A stretch of DNA of 63,483 nucleotides, filler included, from Octopus bimaculoides (GCF_001194135.2; 3 parts of 3 records of this genome joined end to end with filler, not necessarily neighbours in it); one strand, 5' to 3'; positions 37,392 to 51,398 are shown, counted from the first letter of the whole stretch. The notes: a model not told the origin generated them from the sequence alone. Numbers and translations: made by a program.

Positions 37392-37506
37392 CACACACAC
37401 ACACCAAAACTGGATACCACACACACACACCAAAACTGGATACCACACACACACACCAAAACTGGATACACACACACACACACACCAAAACTGGATACCA
37501 AAACTT
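37392..37506. repeat. Compound minisatellite: CCAAAACTGGATAC x4 with (CA)n spacers
   Basis: Four exact 14-mers plus a partial fifth, read directly. Confidence 0.9.
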
Positions 37507-37547
<41 letters not shown>

Positions 37548-38485
37548 AACCATCACTTGACAACCAATATTTATGGCCCTGTAAATTAGCAGTTCAGCAA
37601 AAGAAACTGATAGAATAAATATTAAAAAATAAGTCCTGGGATAGATTTGTTTGGCTAAAACCTGTCATGGTGGTGCCCCAGCATAGTTGCAGTTAAATGA
37701 CTGAAACAAGTANNNNNNNNNNNNNNNNNNNNNNNNNNNNNNNNNNNNNNNNNNNNNNNNNNNNNNNNNNNNNNNNNNNNNNNNNNNNNNNNNNNNNNNN
37801 NNNNNNNNNNNNNNNNNNNNNNNNNNNNNNNNNNNNNNNNNNNNNNNNNNNNNNNNNNNNNNNNNNNNNNNNNNNNNNNNNNNNNNNNNNNNNNNNNNNN
37901 NNNNNNNNNNNNNNNNNNNNNNNNNNNNNNNNNNNNNNNNNNNNNNNNNNNNNNNNNNNNNNNNNNNNNNNNNNNNNNNNNNNNNNNNNNNNNNNNNNNN
38001 NNNNNNNNNNNNNNNNNNNNNNNNNNNNNNNNNNNNNNNNNNNNNNNNNNNNNNNNNNNNNNNNNNNNNNNNNNNNNNNNNNNNNNNNNNNNNNNNNNNN
38101 NNNNNNNNNNNNNNNNNNNNNNNNNNNNNNNNNNNNNNNNNNNNNNNNNNNNNNNNNNNNNNNNNNNNNNNNNNNNNNNNNNNNNNNNNNNNNNNNNNNN
38201 NNNNNNNNNNNNNNNNNNNNNNNNNNNNNNNNNNNNNNNNNNNNNNNNNNNNNNNNNNNNNNNNNNNNNNNNNNNNNNNNNNNNNNNNNNNNNNNNNNNN
38301 NNNNNNNNNNNNNNNNNNNNNNNNNNNNNNNNNNNNNNNNNNNNNNNNNNNNNNNNNNNNNNNNNNNNNNNNNNNNNNNNNNNNNNNNNNNNNNNNNNNN
38401 NNNNNNNNNNNNNNNNNNNNNNNNNNNNNNNNNNNNNNNNNNNNNNNNNNNNNNNNNNNNNNNNNNNNNNNNNNNNNNNNNNNNN

Positions 38486-38526
<41 letters not shown>

Positions 38527-39009
38527 ATATATACATACACCCATAAACTCTATGTATATAATATAAACATTTATTTAACCATTTAAGTACTTGAAACAGA
38601 AAATAAATTTAATTAAATATACAAATATTTGGTATAAGCTACATCCTATGGATGGATGGATTTGATAGACAAACAGATAGATAGATAATTATAATCCTAG
38701 CTATCACCTCATTAGCACATCACGTCTTAAAACCTATCAAGTGAAATTTCTAAGTTACATATTGTGATGTGCCCAAATGAACTCATCCCAAAACATTCAT
38801 TTGGGCAATGGTGCCTTCAAACCATGACATCTGAGGAAGTGAATAGACTATAGAATTATTACATATTTCCATATAATAATGACATGTTTGAATTGAATAA
38901 CATTGTATGAGATATGGTATAAGAATATTGTCTGCTTATGGAAACAATTGTAATGTCAATCTGACTTCTTTCCTCACTTCAATTACTAATTCTATATATA
39001 TTGAATAAA

Positions 39010-39185
39010 TACTGGTGGCACGTAAAAAGCACCCACTACACTCTCGGAGTGGTTGGCGTTAGGAAGGGCATCCAGCTGTAGAAACTCTGCCAAATCAGAT
39101 TGGCGCCTGGTGTAGCCATCTGGTTCACCGGTCCTCAGTCAAATCGTCCAAACCATGCTAGCATGGAAGGTGGACGTTAAACAAC
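39010..39185 (+). mobile_element. Short element consisting of the RTE 3' end; similar copies at about 29505-29640, 36620-36830, 53930-54390 and 55500-55700
   Basis: 'gagtggttggcgttaggaagggcatccagctgtagaaac...catgctagcatggaa...gacgttaaac' matches the RTE 3' terminus at 12860-13030. Confidence 0.8.
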
Positions 39186-40023
39186 AAATACTGTGGAGGC
39201 GCAATGACCCAGTAGTGTTGATGTGTGTGCACACAAGTGGATATAGATTTTCCCTCACCTCATTTCTATTCTATTATTCTTTCATGCGCACCAGCATTAC
39301 TGCACATACAGCAAAACATTTTTACCTCATTTTTATCTAAACTTTACAAACCTTTTACATTCAAGTCCACATATTGCAGCAACGTTGCACTGCCATTTCT
39401 ATACTAGTATAATATAATCACCTTTCAATCTTTGTTAATAGCAGAGGTAATAAATAATAGTTCCTTGAATTTTTTCCAAGCCATTCTATGGTCAACAAGC
39501 TTTCAAAATAAAATAACTACTTCCACTACAAGTTCAGCCACATCATCATAACCATCTTCATTGTTTTAATGCCCTTTTTTCGATGATTGCATGCATCAGA
39601 CAGAATTTGTTATGGGAGATATTTTTATGTCCAGATGTCCTTCCTTTCACCAACAACCTTTTCTTTGTTTCCAAGTAACATAATATTTCCCTATAGCAGG
39701 GCATGTTTTCACAAAAGACTGGAAATAAACAACACTGCTTGTATGACAGTGACATTCATTTCACAACCATCAGGTGATGTCAAAACATGGACACACACAT
39801 ATACAGAAACTGAAAGAAGCTCATTATATATATATATAAATAATATGTGAGTATATGCATATATATGTACATATATGTACATACCTACATCTACATGTAT
39901 ATACAGATGCATATCTGGGTACTGGACGTTACAAAAAAACGTGGACAAAATGAGAAACAGAACATAAACACAGCACAGAAAACACACAGGCTACATAGAG
40001 AACATTTCCTTCATCAGCTGCCA

Positions 40024-40060
<37 letters not shown>

Positions 40061-40399
40061 AATATGAATTAGAAGCAATGTATGTGCTTTGCTTATTTGC
40101 CAGTAGGTTGCAATTTGATGAGGTGGAGATAAAGAAAACCTGAAGTCATACACAGGTAAGACTACTCAGTCCAAGTCCCATTCAGGAGTGATGGACATCA
40201 ATGTTTTGCCATTTTTGTGGCTTATCAATATCACATACATGAACCAAATCAGAAGCAAACTGAACAGCCTGTCCATGACTATATGTAAGATTGTGCAAAA
40301 ACCATCTTCTGGTGTACCCAAATGATGCATACATAGGAATAAATTCAAATATGAAGAAGAAGCTGTGCCAGTATTGTAAACATTATCGAACACATATAC

Positions 40400-41990
40400 T
40401 CAATGTATGTGTTTTGCTTGTTCACTGACTGGTTGTGACTTGACATGATGGAGATGACTCTCTCAAAGCACCAGGTGTTAAAACACCTGAAGTTGTAGAC
40501 AACATTAAATTACACAGTGCTGGACTTGACAACACTGGCCTGGACTTGGTCAAAACCTTGTTGAAGACTGAGACTGCCATCATAGATGGGGGGAGTGCTC
40601 AAGTGACTTAACATTGACATTGTTGCCCTTCAGTGACAGTGGCTCAGTGAGAGAAGCAAACTTCACATTTTTCTAGCAAGGTTTGGGACCTGAAGATCGT
40701 CAGCTGTATGGAGTGGAGATTGCAGTCAACAACAAGCCCTCAACAAGATCCACACACCACATATCACCATGCAACTATCAACCAAATCAGACACTGTCCA
40801 TCTCCTCAGTGCTTATGCTCCAACACAGGCAGCTGAGAATGTAAACAAGGACATATTCTACAAAAATCTGCAGAGTATGCTCAAGCAGAAAAATGACGTC
40901 TTCATCCTTATCAATTTCAATGCAAGAGTTGGATTGCATCTGCAGAAGTGGTTAACTTGTCTTGGCCACTTTGGAATCAGGAAGATCAATGAGAATGGCC
41001 GAAGTTTATTAGTATTCTGCTCCAATGGCAAGGACTGTGACAAAGTTTCATATTGCCATCTTAGATTTGGTCACTGGTATCAAATCTGGTCACTTCATCA
41101 TCGTCAAAAGTCATCTAATCAGTGTGAAACCAACAAGGTCATTCCACAGCAAGGACTGTAATACTGGCCACTTACTGTTCATTGCCAAGATGAAAATAAT
41201 ACCAAAGATCTAAGAAACCAAAGATCAACTTAAGAAATGTCAACAACAAGGAACTAAAAGCAGCTTTTCAGAAGCAAATTGAAAATCAGCTTCTGGATAT
41301 AGCTAAAGCCTGCCCAGGGAAGACATGGACCTGTATTAGGATAGCCATTTATAATTCACCTTGCAATATTTTGATGCAACCAAGGTATCTCAGACAAATT
41401 AGATTGAGGTCAACACATCGACATTGATGCCACTGATTGAGAAAAAAATGGGCTGCTCTACTTGCATACAATCAGACTCCATTAGACTGCACCTTGAACA
41501 AGCTATGAGCTGCAAAATCCATACTTCAATGGGAAGCACAGAGACAGGCCAACACCTACTGGGAAAATCTTTGTGCAGACACTCAGAGGATTTCTGACAC
41601 TGGTGACATAAGAACAATGTATGAGATCTGAATTGCTCTTGGACTACGGGGGAGCAGATCACAGATAGATATCAACAGATGGAGAGATAGGTTGAACATC
41701 ACTCATGCCTCTACTCAGAAGACTGATCAGTGAATGAAAGCCTACATGAAGTAATACCCCAACTTTCAGAGATGACAGAAACTGTCAAAGAACTCACCCA
41801 GGAGTAACTGGTGAAAGTCGTTGATGAGCTCACAAGTGGAAAGTCTCCTTGGCAATGACAATATACCAATAGAGATTTGGAAAAAGAACAAGGACACCAT
41901 CCTCTCTCATATGTACAAGCTCTTGATTCTGTTGGAAGCATGGAAAAGCCCCACAAGACATGAGAGATACCAACATAGTGACCCTGTTGA
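40400..41990 (+). mobile_element. RTE-BovB-like LINE, APE endonuclease region, heavily decayed
   Basis: 'LLSAYAPT', 'FILINFNARVG', 'GHFGIRKINENGRSLLVFC' and 'GNDNIPIEIWK'. Confidence 0.8.
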
Positions 41991-42551
41991 AGTTAGCAGA
42001 GAGAGTTCTTCCAGAAAGTCAGAAAGTCAAAGTAAACCCCTACATGTGGCATTTGTAGACCTAAATTTGATACACACACACACACACAAACACACACATA
42101 CAAACACACACATATATATATGTATGCATACATGTGTGTTTGTTCTACATGTCTCTTTGGATCTGTGCTTGTCACTTGACAACAAATGCTGTATGTTTAC
42201 ATCTCTGAAATTTAGCAGTTTGGCAAAAGAGACTAATGGAATAAGTACCAGACTTAAAAATAAAATTAAACCACTAAGTACTGAGGATGATTCATTTGAC
42301 TAAAATTCTTTAAGGCAGTGCCCCAGCTTGACCGCAGTCTAAATACTGAAACAAGTTAAAGGTAAGAAAAATATGTAAATAGTCTGCTTTTCAATTACCC
42401 TCAATCAAATCCACTCACAGTACTTTTTAGTTGGTCCTGGGCTATATATAGTAGAAGGCACATGTGCAAAGTACAACAGTAGGATTGAACTGAAAACCAG
42501 ATGCAGATACATAGTGAAATGTAAACTTTCCAAGAGAAGTTTATTCATTAA

Positions 42552-42772
42552 CCCTTTAACATTCAGATTCCTCTGTCAAATTTAATGTTTATTTATTCAC
42601 CTTGTTTAGAATTAATAATGTATTATTTTGTGGCTTCAAGATTTCAATGATGTGATTGTATATTTTCTGAATGACATTGTAGGGTGGGTGTAAGAGGCCA
42701 GATCTTGACAGTTTGAACATAAAACAGATGGAATATTTGGGCTGGATATGGCCGGTTTAAATACTTAAAGGG
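42552..42772. mobile_element. piggyBac-type MITE, 221 bp
   Basis: TTAA|CCCTTT...AAAGGG|TTAA, with a second copy at 25450-25646. Confidence 0.85.
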
Positions 42773-44291
42773 TTAAACATCAATTTTATATAGTAAGTAT
42801 AATAACTGACTGGCTTCTAGAAATAGCACATATTCACAATGGAATCACTGGAAGTACTTAATTACTGTTACTGAAAAAAAAAAAAAAAATCAATGAGTAA
42901 CTAATTGTTCATTACAAAATATATTGTGATTTATTATGGACTTATTAGTTACATGTCAAATGAATAATATCTTTTATCGCCTTTTGAAATTTCATCATGT
43001 ATTAAGTAATAAACTGAATCTGATGAGGCTGAATATATAATTTCACATATATTACTGAATGAGTGGTATTTTAGCTATCATTGTGTATAATTAATGTAAT
43101 TATAATAAATACAATTCTATATAATATTACTTGTTTAGCTATCATTCACAACTGATTATAAGCTGATAACATCTGATGTCCTTTAGTTAACTGATGAATT
43201 CCAATGTTATGTAACTACACCTAGAAGTCATACTTTGGTCAACTTATTAGGTTTTTTCTTAAGTGTAAACCGTTAACAAATTTTAAATAGTTGCAGGTGT
43301 GACTGTGCGGTAAGAAGTTTGCTTCTCAATCACATGGTCGCGGGCTCAATACCACTGCACACCATCTTGGACAAGTATTTTCTACTATAGCCCCGGGCCA
43401 ACCAAAGCCATGTGAGTAGATTTGGTAGACGGAAACTGACAAAAGCTCTTCATATAAGTGTGTGTGTGTGTGTGATTGTGTGCTTTTGTGGTGCTTATTC
43501 TATCAACCTCCTTCACTCCTCTAGCCCTGTATGTGTGTGTGTATGAGTAGAAAAAGTAGTTGAAAATGCACTGGGATTCATTTAGATTTTTTTTATGTTC
43601 AAATTTTAAAGACTTAATCAGTTTCACAGATTTGTCTGATTTTCAAAAGTTGACATAGAAAGACATGGAGCTATGTTGCAACTGTCTTGCTTCAGACTGA
43701 AGTTGTAAGATTCTTTTGTTTTTACAAAGAGAACATGACTCAAATTAGTATCTGGTTTAGACATGATCTGATTGGATGAGTATGATCATGTGACAAGGTT
43801 TAGAAATTTTTATAAGTTCCCTGATACATCCATTTTTTAATGTCATGTGACAATATGTTTTATATTATAAGTTAAAGTTGTCATGGCTGAGTGAATGTGT
43901 TGAATAACAGCCCCAAAGCTGCCATAGCTGAGTGAATGTGTTTAGTGGAGAATTAAATTTTATGCTTAGGTACATAAATACAAATTAAGGCTGACATGGT
44001 TCAAAGAACATGTCTAGTGACAGTAAACAATTAAAACTCTCTAAATTTAATTTGGTAAACTGGACAAGAATTATTCCTCTGTTGCCCAGTGACTAAAAGT
44101 AATCCAGTGCATATTCAACTTCATTTAGACACATCATCATCATCATTTAACATCTGTTGTCCATGCTGAGGGCATTAATGTTGCTTAGCACTGATGGAGG
44201 AAGTAAAACAATTGAAAGGTGTAGAAACCATTGTGAGCTTCAATTGACAGCTGATGAAGAGAATATCTTGCAGTACCGGCTGCATATAAAA

Positions 44292-44353
<62 letters not shown>

Positions 44354-46370
44354 AGTACAACAACATTGGGAAAGATTAACATGATACAAAGCTGTTGGAA
44401 TGTTCCAGAAATGATAATAATAATATCCAATAACATATGTTAAGAAAACAAATTAAGTTTTTAAAAAAGTTTTTAAGAACATTGAAGGCTAACTTCATAT
44501 GTAATACTGCATAGTATTCTACTAACTGCTTCATATTATTGACATTTTACAAATGTTTACCATATTTGGCAATCTCGTACCACATGGTAATGCATCAAGG
44601 AGCACAACATTTATCAACATCAGACTGATCAGTCCCCTAGCACCACACAAAATTGACAATTCAAATAAAAACTGTATCATTCTATCCCAAGTTATTACTT
44701 TGGAACAACATATTTTGAATCTTTTTTCACAAAATGAGTGCAAAATTCAACATAACAGAAATAAATAAGGTTAAACTTTAGTCCTCAAGATTTTAAAAAT
44801 TTATTAGAAATGGTATAAATAGAATATTTATACCCTTTTTTTAATACTACATGCATATTTTACAGCAACACTCAACCCATCATAAATAAAAATAGAATAG
44901 TATATCTATATGATATTGGGAAAGAAGATAAGTCAGATGTAAACTGTTTCAAAATGTGCCATGATGCTATGTAACTCAGATACATTATCAAAATGTAAAA
45001 AATATCAGAAATTGAAATACAGAAAGAAAGAATATACTATAAAAACACAAGTAACGATTACAAAATACTAACAACAACAATAAAAACACTGAGAATATAA
45101 ACCATGTAAATAGAATAAACACATGGAAAAACTGATGAAGTAAAAAACAAAACAGAAGAAAGCCAAACTCTAAACTATACAATTCAGACCAACAAACAGA
45201 AATATAGATTAAAAGGAACACAGAAGATTTAAAAACAGAAAATTTTTAAAAGTAGAAACCATGCCCTTGATACCATAAAATGAGAATAACTCAAGAATTA
45301 AGAGAAATGGAAGATCATTCTATGGACCAACAAAAGCATTTCACAAGGATAAAACTTAACAACAAAACACACACACACACACACACGCATGCACAAAACT
45401 TGGTTACCACAGACTTAATTAAAGAAGATACAAATATCAATATTATCGGGCTAAATGAAATAAGCTCTACGTTTACAAAGGAAATTGGGTGCTCACTGTC
45501 TTGGAGCCAATCAATAGGAATATCAAAACCCAAGTACACATATAAAACAAATATGCAGAGAAAGATAGAAAACATGATAACGGATTTCATAATTGTAATG
45601 AAATCAATAAAGAAACAAACAAAATTATAAAAAAATAAAAGAGAGAGACAAATATATGAAAGAAATATGTTGTAAGAATTAACAATAATCAAGAAACACC
45701 TAAAACAAGAGACTCTTGTTAGATCACAAAGAATCCATCAGGATGGAAAACGTCCATGATTCTTTGAATGAAATAAACAGATCAGCTCCAAACACAAAAT
45801 GATTTTATCAAGAACTTGATAAAAATAAAATAGGAAGTCGATGCAGTTCCAACAGCAAGAGAAGGAGAAGAAATTTATGGCCATTGAAGGCCTAACTATG
45901 AATGAGATTGTTGAAAATAATACAGCATCTGAATAATAATGGTAACCCATAATAGTTTGACAATTACTGAAAAGAACACAAACAGCAAACATTACAAAAG
46001 TACCAGGAAATAAGACTCCAAACGTTTGGTTAAAATCCATGAGCAATAGATCTTTCTACGGACCAATGAAACCTTCTCACAAGGATAAAATTGAATGGTA
46101 AAACAGCAACAACTGAAATTTGGCTACCACAGGCTTAATTAAAACAGATACAAATATCAATACTACCAAACTAAATTAAATAAACTTTGAAATAACAAAA
46201 GAGAAGTCAAAGCTCTCTCTCAGATCCAGTCAATAGAAACATCAAAACCCAAGCAAACAACATGTAAAGCAAATATACAAGAAAAGATATAAGGTGTTAG
46301 AAGAAGTTTAATGAAACACCAAGAGGGCTATAACAACAACACACCTGACAGGCTCACTCGTCCACAAGTC

Positions 46371-46447
46371 TTAAGAAATCATCGAAACTCCAGCAGTACA
46401 GACCTTTTGTAAAGGTCTGTACTGCTGGGGTTTTGGTAATTTCTTAA
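46371..46447. repeat. 77-nt inverted repeat (37-bp arms, 3-nt loop)
   Basis: The arms match at 33/37 positions and the inner 18 bp are perfect. Confidence 0.9.
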
Positions 46448-46689
46448 ACCTACAAAGCCTTAACAACACACAAAAATTAATTACTTCAGATTAAATTATG
46501 AGCCTAATTTTTCTTATGAAGGAAAAACTTTGCAACCAGTGTCAAAACAATTCTAGTATATAACATATATATTTTCATTGTTACTAAAAAGATGAAAAGT
46601 AAAAATGGATCCTGAGCAAAATTTCATCTTGGCACTAAGAGAAGAATAAACTAAATATTTCATCAGATTCTCTTATTGTCAACAGAGTC

Positions 46690-47092
46690 AACTCTTTTTA
46701 CTCTTTTACTTGTTTCAGTCATTTGACTGCAGCCATGCTGGGGCACCGCCTTTAGTCAAGCAGATTGACCCCAGGACTTGTTCTTTGGAAGCCTAGTACT
46801 TATTCTATCTATCTCTTTTTGCCAAACCGCTAAGTTACGGGGACGTAAACACACCAGCAACGGTTGTCAAGCAAAGTTGGGGGGGGGGACAAATACAGAC
46901 ACACAAACATATACACACACATACATATATACATATATACGACGGGCTTCTTTCAGTTTCCGTCAACCAAATCCACTTACAAGGCTTTGATCGGCCCGAG
47001 ACTATAGTAGAAGACACTTGCCCAAGGTGCCACGCAGTGGGACTGAACCTGGAACCATGTGGTTAGTAAGCAAGCTACTTACCACACAGCCA
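46690..47092 (-). mobile_element. SINE family A, full length
   Basis: Reverse complement of the 14878-15335 pattern. Confidence 0.9.
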
Positions 47093-47179
47093 TATCAACA
47101 TAAAATATATTTGTATTAAATATTCTGTTAACTGTAATGCTTATGTATTCACATTGTTTTGAATTAATGATGCATTATC

Positions 47180-48486
47180 TCAGAGTCCTGGGATATCATA
47201 CAGCACACAGCATCTGCAAACTTCCATTGGATTTAATTACAATGAAAGCTTTATTTACAACATCAAGAGAGGAACCAACTTGGCTAAACTACTGAAGGAG
47301 GCAAGCTTTATTGTCTAGGATGAATGTACCATGGCACACAAACAAGCCTTTGAGGCCCTGGACAAAACAGTCCAAGACATTAGACAGAATTCATAAATCA
47401 TGGGAGGTATCGCTGTGCTGCTCTCTGGTGATTTTAGATAAACATTACCAGTCATTGCTGATGAAATCAATGGTTGCCTGAAAAATTCTTACATCTGGAG
47501 CAATGTTCAAAACTCAGCCTGAAAATGAACATGTGAGTTAGAATCACAGATGGCCCTGAAGCAGGATGATTTGCTGCTTTCTTGTTGCAGTTAGGCAATG
47601 GAACCATCAAAACAGACCAAAATGGAGATATTTCACTCTCAAATGGTTGTGGAGTTTCAGTCTCAAGTATCCAAGACTTGATTAATCATGTTTATCCTAA
47701 AATTAAACACCATTTCATGGATTCAAAACAGCTTTGTGAGAGGGCCATATTAGCTCCCAAGAATCAACAAGCATCAACTGCAAACTTCTCCAAGAAATTC
47801 CAAAAGAAAGCATGGAGTACTTTTCCATTGACACTGTGATTGAAGAACAGGCAGTGAATTATCCAATAGAGTTCTTGAACTCATTGACTCCTCCTGGAAT
47901 GCCATCACACAAGCTGGAACTGAAAGAAAATGTGCCAGTTATGCAAATGAGAAATCTGGATCCTACAGAGCTTTGTAATGGAACAGGGTTAATTGTCAAG
48001 AAGATGCTACCTCATTTCTTGGAAGCAGAGATCCTTACTGGTCCAGGAAAGGAGGAAAGAGTTTTAATTCCACGAATCCCCATAATTCCTCCAGATCCTC
48101 CTTTTGAGTTCAAAAGACTTCAGTTTCCAGTGAGAGTGAGTTATGCAATATCAGTCAGTAATTCCCAAGAAAAATCATTGCAAGTAACTGGGCTTCATCT
48201 GATGGGACCTAGTTTTTCTCATGGCCAGCTCTATATTGATTGTTCAAGAGTTAGGAATGGAAACATGCTATTTGTACTCACCCCGAATGGAAAAACAAAA
48301 AAAAAAAATGTTGTTTATCATGCAGCTTTGCAATCATTGTTTGGATGAAAACTGTTAATTATTTGAAAAATATTGTTCAATTTCAATAAAATTTAATATG
48401 TATTCAATGCATGAAGCATCATTGTTGGGCCCAAGACTCAATCAAGAACCCTTTGTAAGAGCTAGCAGGGTGGCTTTTTAGGCTAG
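47180..48486 (+). mobile_element. Helitron 3' portion: PIF1-like helicase pseudogene and CTAG terminus
   Basis: 'DECTMAHKQAFEALD', 'LLSGDFR', 'LNSLTPPGMPSHKLELK', 'RNLDP..LCNGT', 'RLQFPVR' and 'FSHGQLY'. Ends CTAG|T at 48483-48487 after an imperfect CCCT...AGGG hairpin. Confidence 0.85.
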
Positions 48487-48974
48487 TTTATGTATATATG
48501 TATATATATATATAAAGAGAGAGAGAGAGAGAGAGATGTGTAGATAGATAAATAAATAAATAAATATAGATATATACATATATATGCATATATACATATA
48601 TATACATATATATATTTGAAAAAATGAGAAGAGGTGGCTTTTTGCAGGGGATAATTTTTATTTTAACGATAATGATTCCAGTTGCTCTAATGAGTTTTGA
48701 GCTTTTCGATAGCGGTTTTGAAAATGAAATTCTGTGACTTAGAAGGTTGTTTACATAGTAACAGATTTTTTTCTCTCAAGTAAACAAATAAAAATAAAAA
48801 TAGGATATAAAAGATAGAAAAAATAACAAACTAAAGAATATAAAGAATATAAAAACTAATATAAAAATTTTTTTTAATTAAAATTGATAAAAAAAATACA
48901 GAAAGTAATTAATACAACAGCATGCTTGAAAAAAAAGATGAAAGAAGAAAATCAGAAAAATGGAAAAAGAAAGT

Positions 48975-49167
48975 AAGGGCACACAAACAACAGCTCCATG
49001 ACTTCTCTATTAGAAACACAACCTGTAGTGAACATTTTGAAAAATGTGGAAAAAGGAATTTCAAAATATTCCCTTTCTTCAAACTGTGGACAGAAAATGA
49101 ACATTTTTGTAAGGCCAAGGAGGAATATTTTATTCGAAAATATCAGCCAAAACTGAACAAAAAATAA
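48975..49167 (+). mobile_element. Penelope-like element GIY-YIG endonuclease C-terminal fragment
   Basis: 'VRAHKQQL...CSEHFEKC...FKIFPFFKL...KAKEEYFIRKYQPKLN*' resembles the PLE endonuclease C-terminus. Confidence 0.7.
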
Positions 49168-49561
49168 TACCACAACCACAAGAATCTCAACAATCCACAG
49201 AAAGACACCAACCAAACACTGTCAGAATAAGGAAAAGTATATATGAATTGAATTGAATTGAATTAGTTTCAGCTCATGAACTGTGACCATGCTGGGGCAC
49301 CTCCATTTAATTTTATGACATATATATTTTTTACTTTGCAAAAAAGTTTGTTAGAACTGACAGAATCCGCTGCCTTCTCTTTCACTTCTTGCTGTGAAGC
49401 TAAATTCATCTGGGACCCTTAAAAGTAAGCGATCTAATCCTGTTTCTTGATGACACTTACATCCACCTGATATGAGTATACACTTTTTGTACTATCTTAT
49501 ATACACATGTGCATATATGTGAGGTAATATCTAGGAGTGGCTGTATGATAAGTATAGGCGT

Positions 49562-49865
49562 AGGAGTGGCTGTATGGTAAGTAGCTTGCTTACCAACCAC
49601 ATGGTTCCAGGTTCAGTCCCACTGTGTGGCACCTTGGGCAAGTGTCTTCTATAGCCTCCACTTACTTATCCATTGTACCTCGCAATAATAGGCAAAAGTA
49701 CCATACTCTGCATTGATATCTTCTAAGAATTCTTTAAATTGTTGATGATTTAGTGCTTTTGACTTTACGAAGTTGACACCATGACACAACAATGGACATG
49801 ACATTTGAAAGCGTCATAAATTCTGCTGATGAATCATACAGGGAAATGCAATGATGCTGCTGAGT
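49562..49865. repeat. SINE head (+) fused to a hAT transposase fragment (-), copy 1
   Basis: Minus translation 'VNFVKSKALNHQQFKEFLEDINAEYG...YCEVQWIS' is a GTF2IRD2/SPIN-like hAT segment. Confidence 0.8.
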
Positions 49866-49879
49866 TCCTTGTATACTCT

Positions 49880-50285
49880 TACTCTTTTACTTGTTTCAGT
49901 CATTTGACTGTGGCCATGCTGGAGCACCGCCTTTAGTCGAGCAAATCGACCCCAGGACTTATTCTTTAGAAGCCTAGTACTTATTCTATTGGTCTCTTTT
50001 GCCGAACCGCTAAGTTACGGGTACATAAACACACCAGCATCAGTTGTCAAGCGATGTTGGGGGGACAAACACAGACATACAAACACATACACACATACAT
50101 ATATATATATATATACATATATACGACAGGCTTCTTTCAGTTTCTGTCTACTAAATCCACTCACAAGGCTTTGGTCGACCCGAGGCTATAGTAGAAGACA
50201 TTTGCCCAAGATGCCACGCAGTGGGACTGAACCCGGGACCATGTAGTTGGTGAGCAAGCTACTTACCACACAGCCACTCCTGCGC
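49880..50285 (-). mobile_element. SINE family A, full length
   Basis: Reverse complement of the 14878-15335 pattern. Confidence 0.9.
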
Positions 50286-51020
50286 CTATTGAAATCTCTG
50301 CTTTTATTTTTGAAATGAATACAAGAGAGAGAGAGAGAGAGAGAATGAGAGTGATGCTTTAAAACAAAGAGAGTATAGCGTGTACACTGAACAGCGAGAG
50401 AGAGAAGGAGGGAGGAATGATGAAATTAAATGCAAAATTAAAGCACAAGTTTAAGAGGTGAAAGATGATAAGGTTCATAATTGGAAACTTTGAGAAACAT
50501 TTTTTGCTTGTAAAAGTTAGTAACCTAGAAACTAGTTGAGGGCACACAACATGTCAAGGGCTGCATGCAACCCATGGTCCACAGGTTGCCCATGCATGGT
50601 CTAATCTCTTCTCACTACCATTTGCAACTACTTTTTGTCTTCTTATCTTCCACCCTTTTTTCTTTCCTTCCTTTTTTCTCCCTCTTTTTTTCTTCCTTCT
50701 TTTATCACACATGCTGTTGTATTTACTTTTTGTATTCTTTTAATATTTTTTATTCTCTTCTTTATATTAGTTTTTATATTCTTTCTTTTATTTCCTATTT
50801 TTATTTTTTTATTTGTATACTTGTAAGAAAAAATCTGTTGCCATGTAAGCAGCCTTCTAAACCACAGAATTTCAGTTTAAAATGGTTATCGAAAAGCTCA
50901 AAACTCATTAGAGTAACTGGAAACATTATCATTAAAATAAAAGTTATCCCCCTAAAAGCCATCGCTACTCATTTTTCCAAATATATCACAATGTACCAAG
51001 AACCACTTTTTATAATTCTA

Positions 51021-51092
<72 letters not shown>

Positions 51093-51398
51093 GCATGCCA
51101 GTTAAATACATTTTGAAATCTGATGATTACTACAAACGTATGAAAGCACTAATTGAACTTTATGAATATTACAAAATATTTTTTTTAATGTTTAACACAC
51201 TTCAACATTGTAAAAATATTCATATTTTTTTCAAAATACCATAATGAAAAATGTGAAAACCAGACTGTTTTAACTTTATTCAACTGATATATTATTCTGT
51301 GTTCATTTATATATATTTAGTGTACATTTACGCAAGTTCAAAAATATATATATATATATATATACATACATACGTACATACATACATACATACATACA

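Noticed and set aside
37404-37497. Repeat-spacer pattern resembling a CRISPR array
   Set aside because: The repeats are only 14 bp, the spacers are pure (CA)n and there are no cas genes in this eukaryotic context.
39260-39302. Minus-strand segment with AG/GTGAGG splice-like ends upstream of the GALNT exon
   Set aside because: Stops in all frames and the phase does not fit; a UTR exon cannot be excluded but is unsupported.
44245-44285. 'cagCTGATGAagagaatatctt...' as a further hammerhead
   Set aside because: The GAAA box and cleavage triplet are missing.
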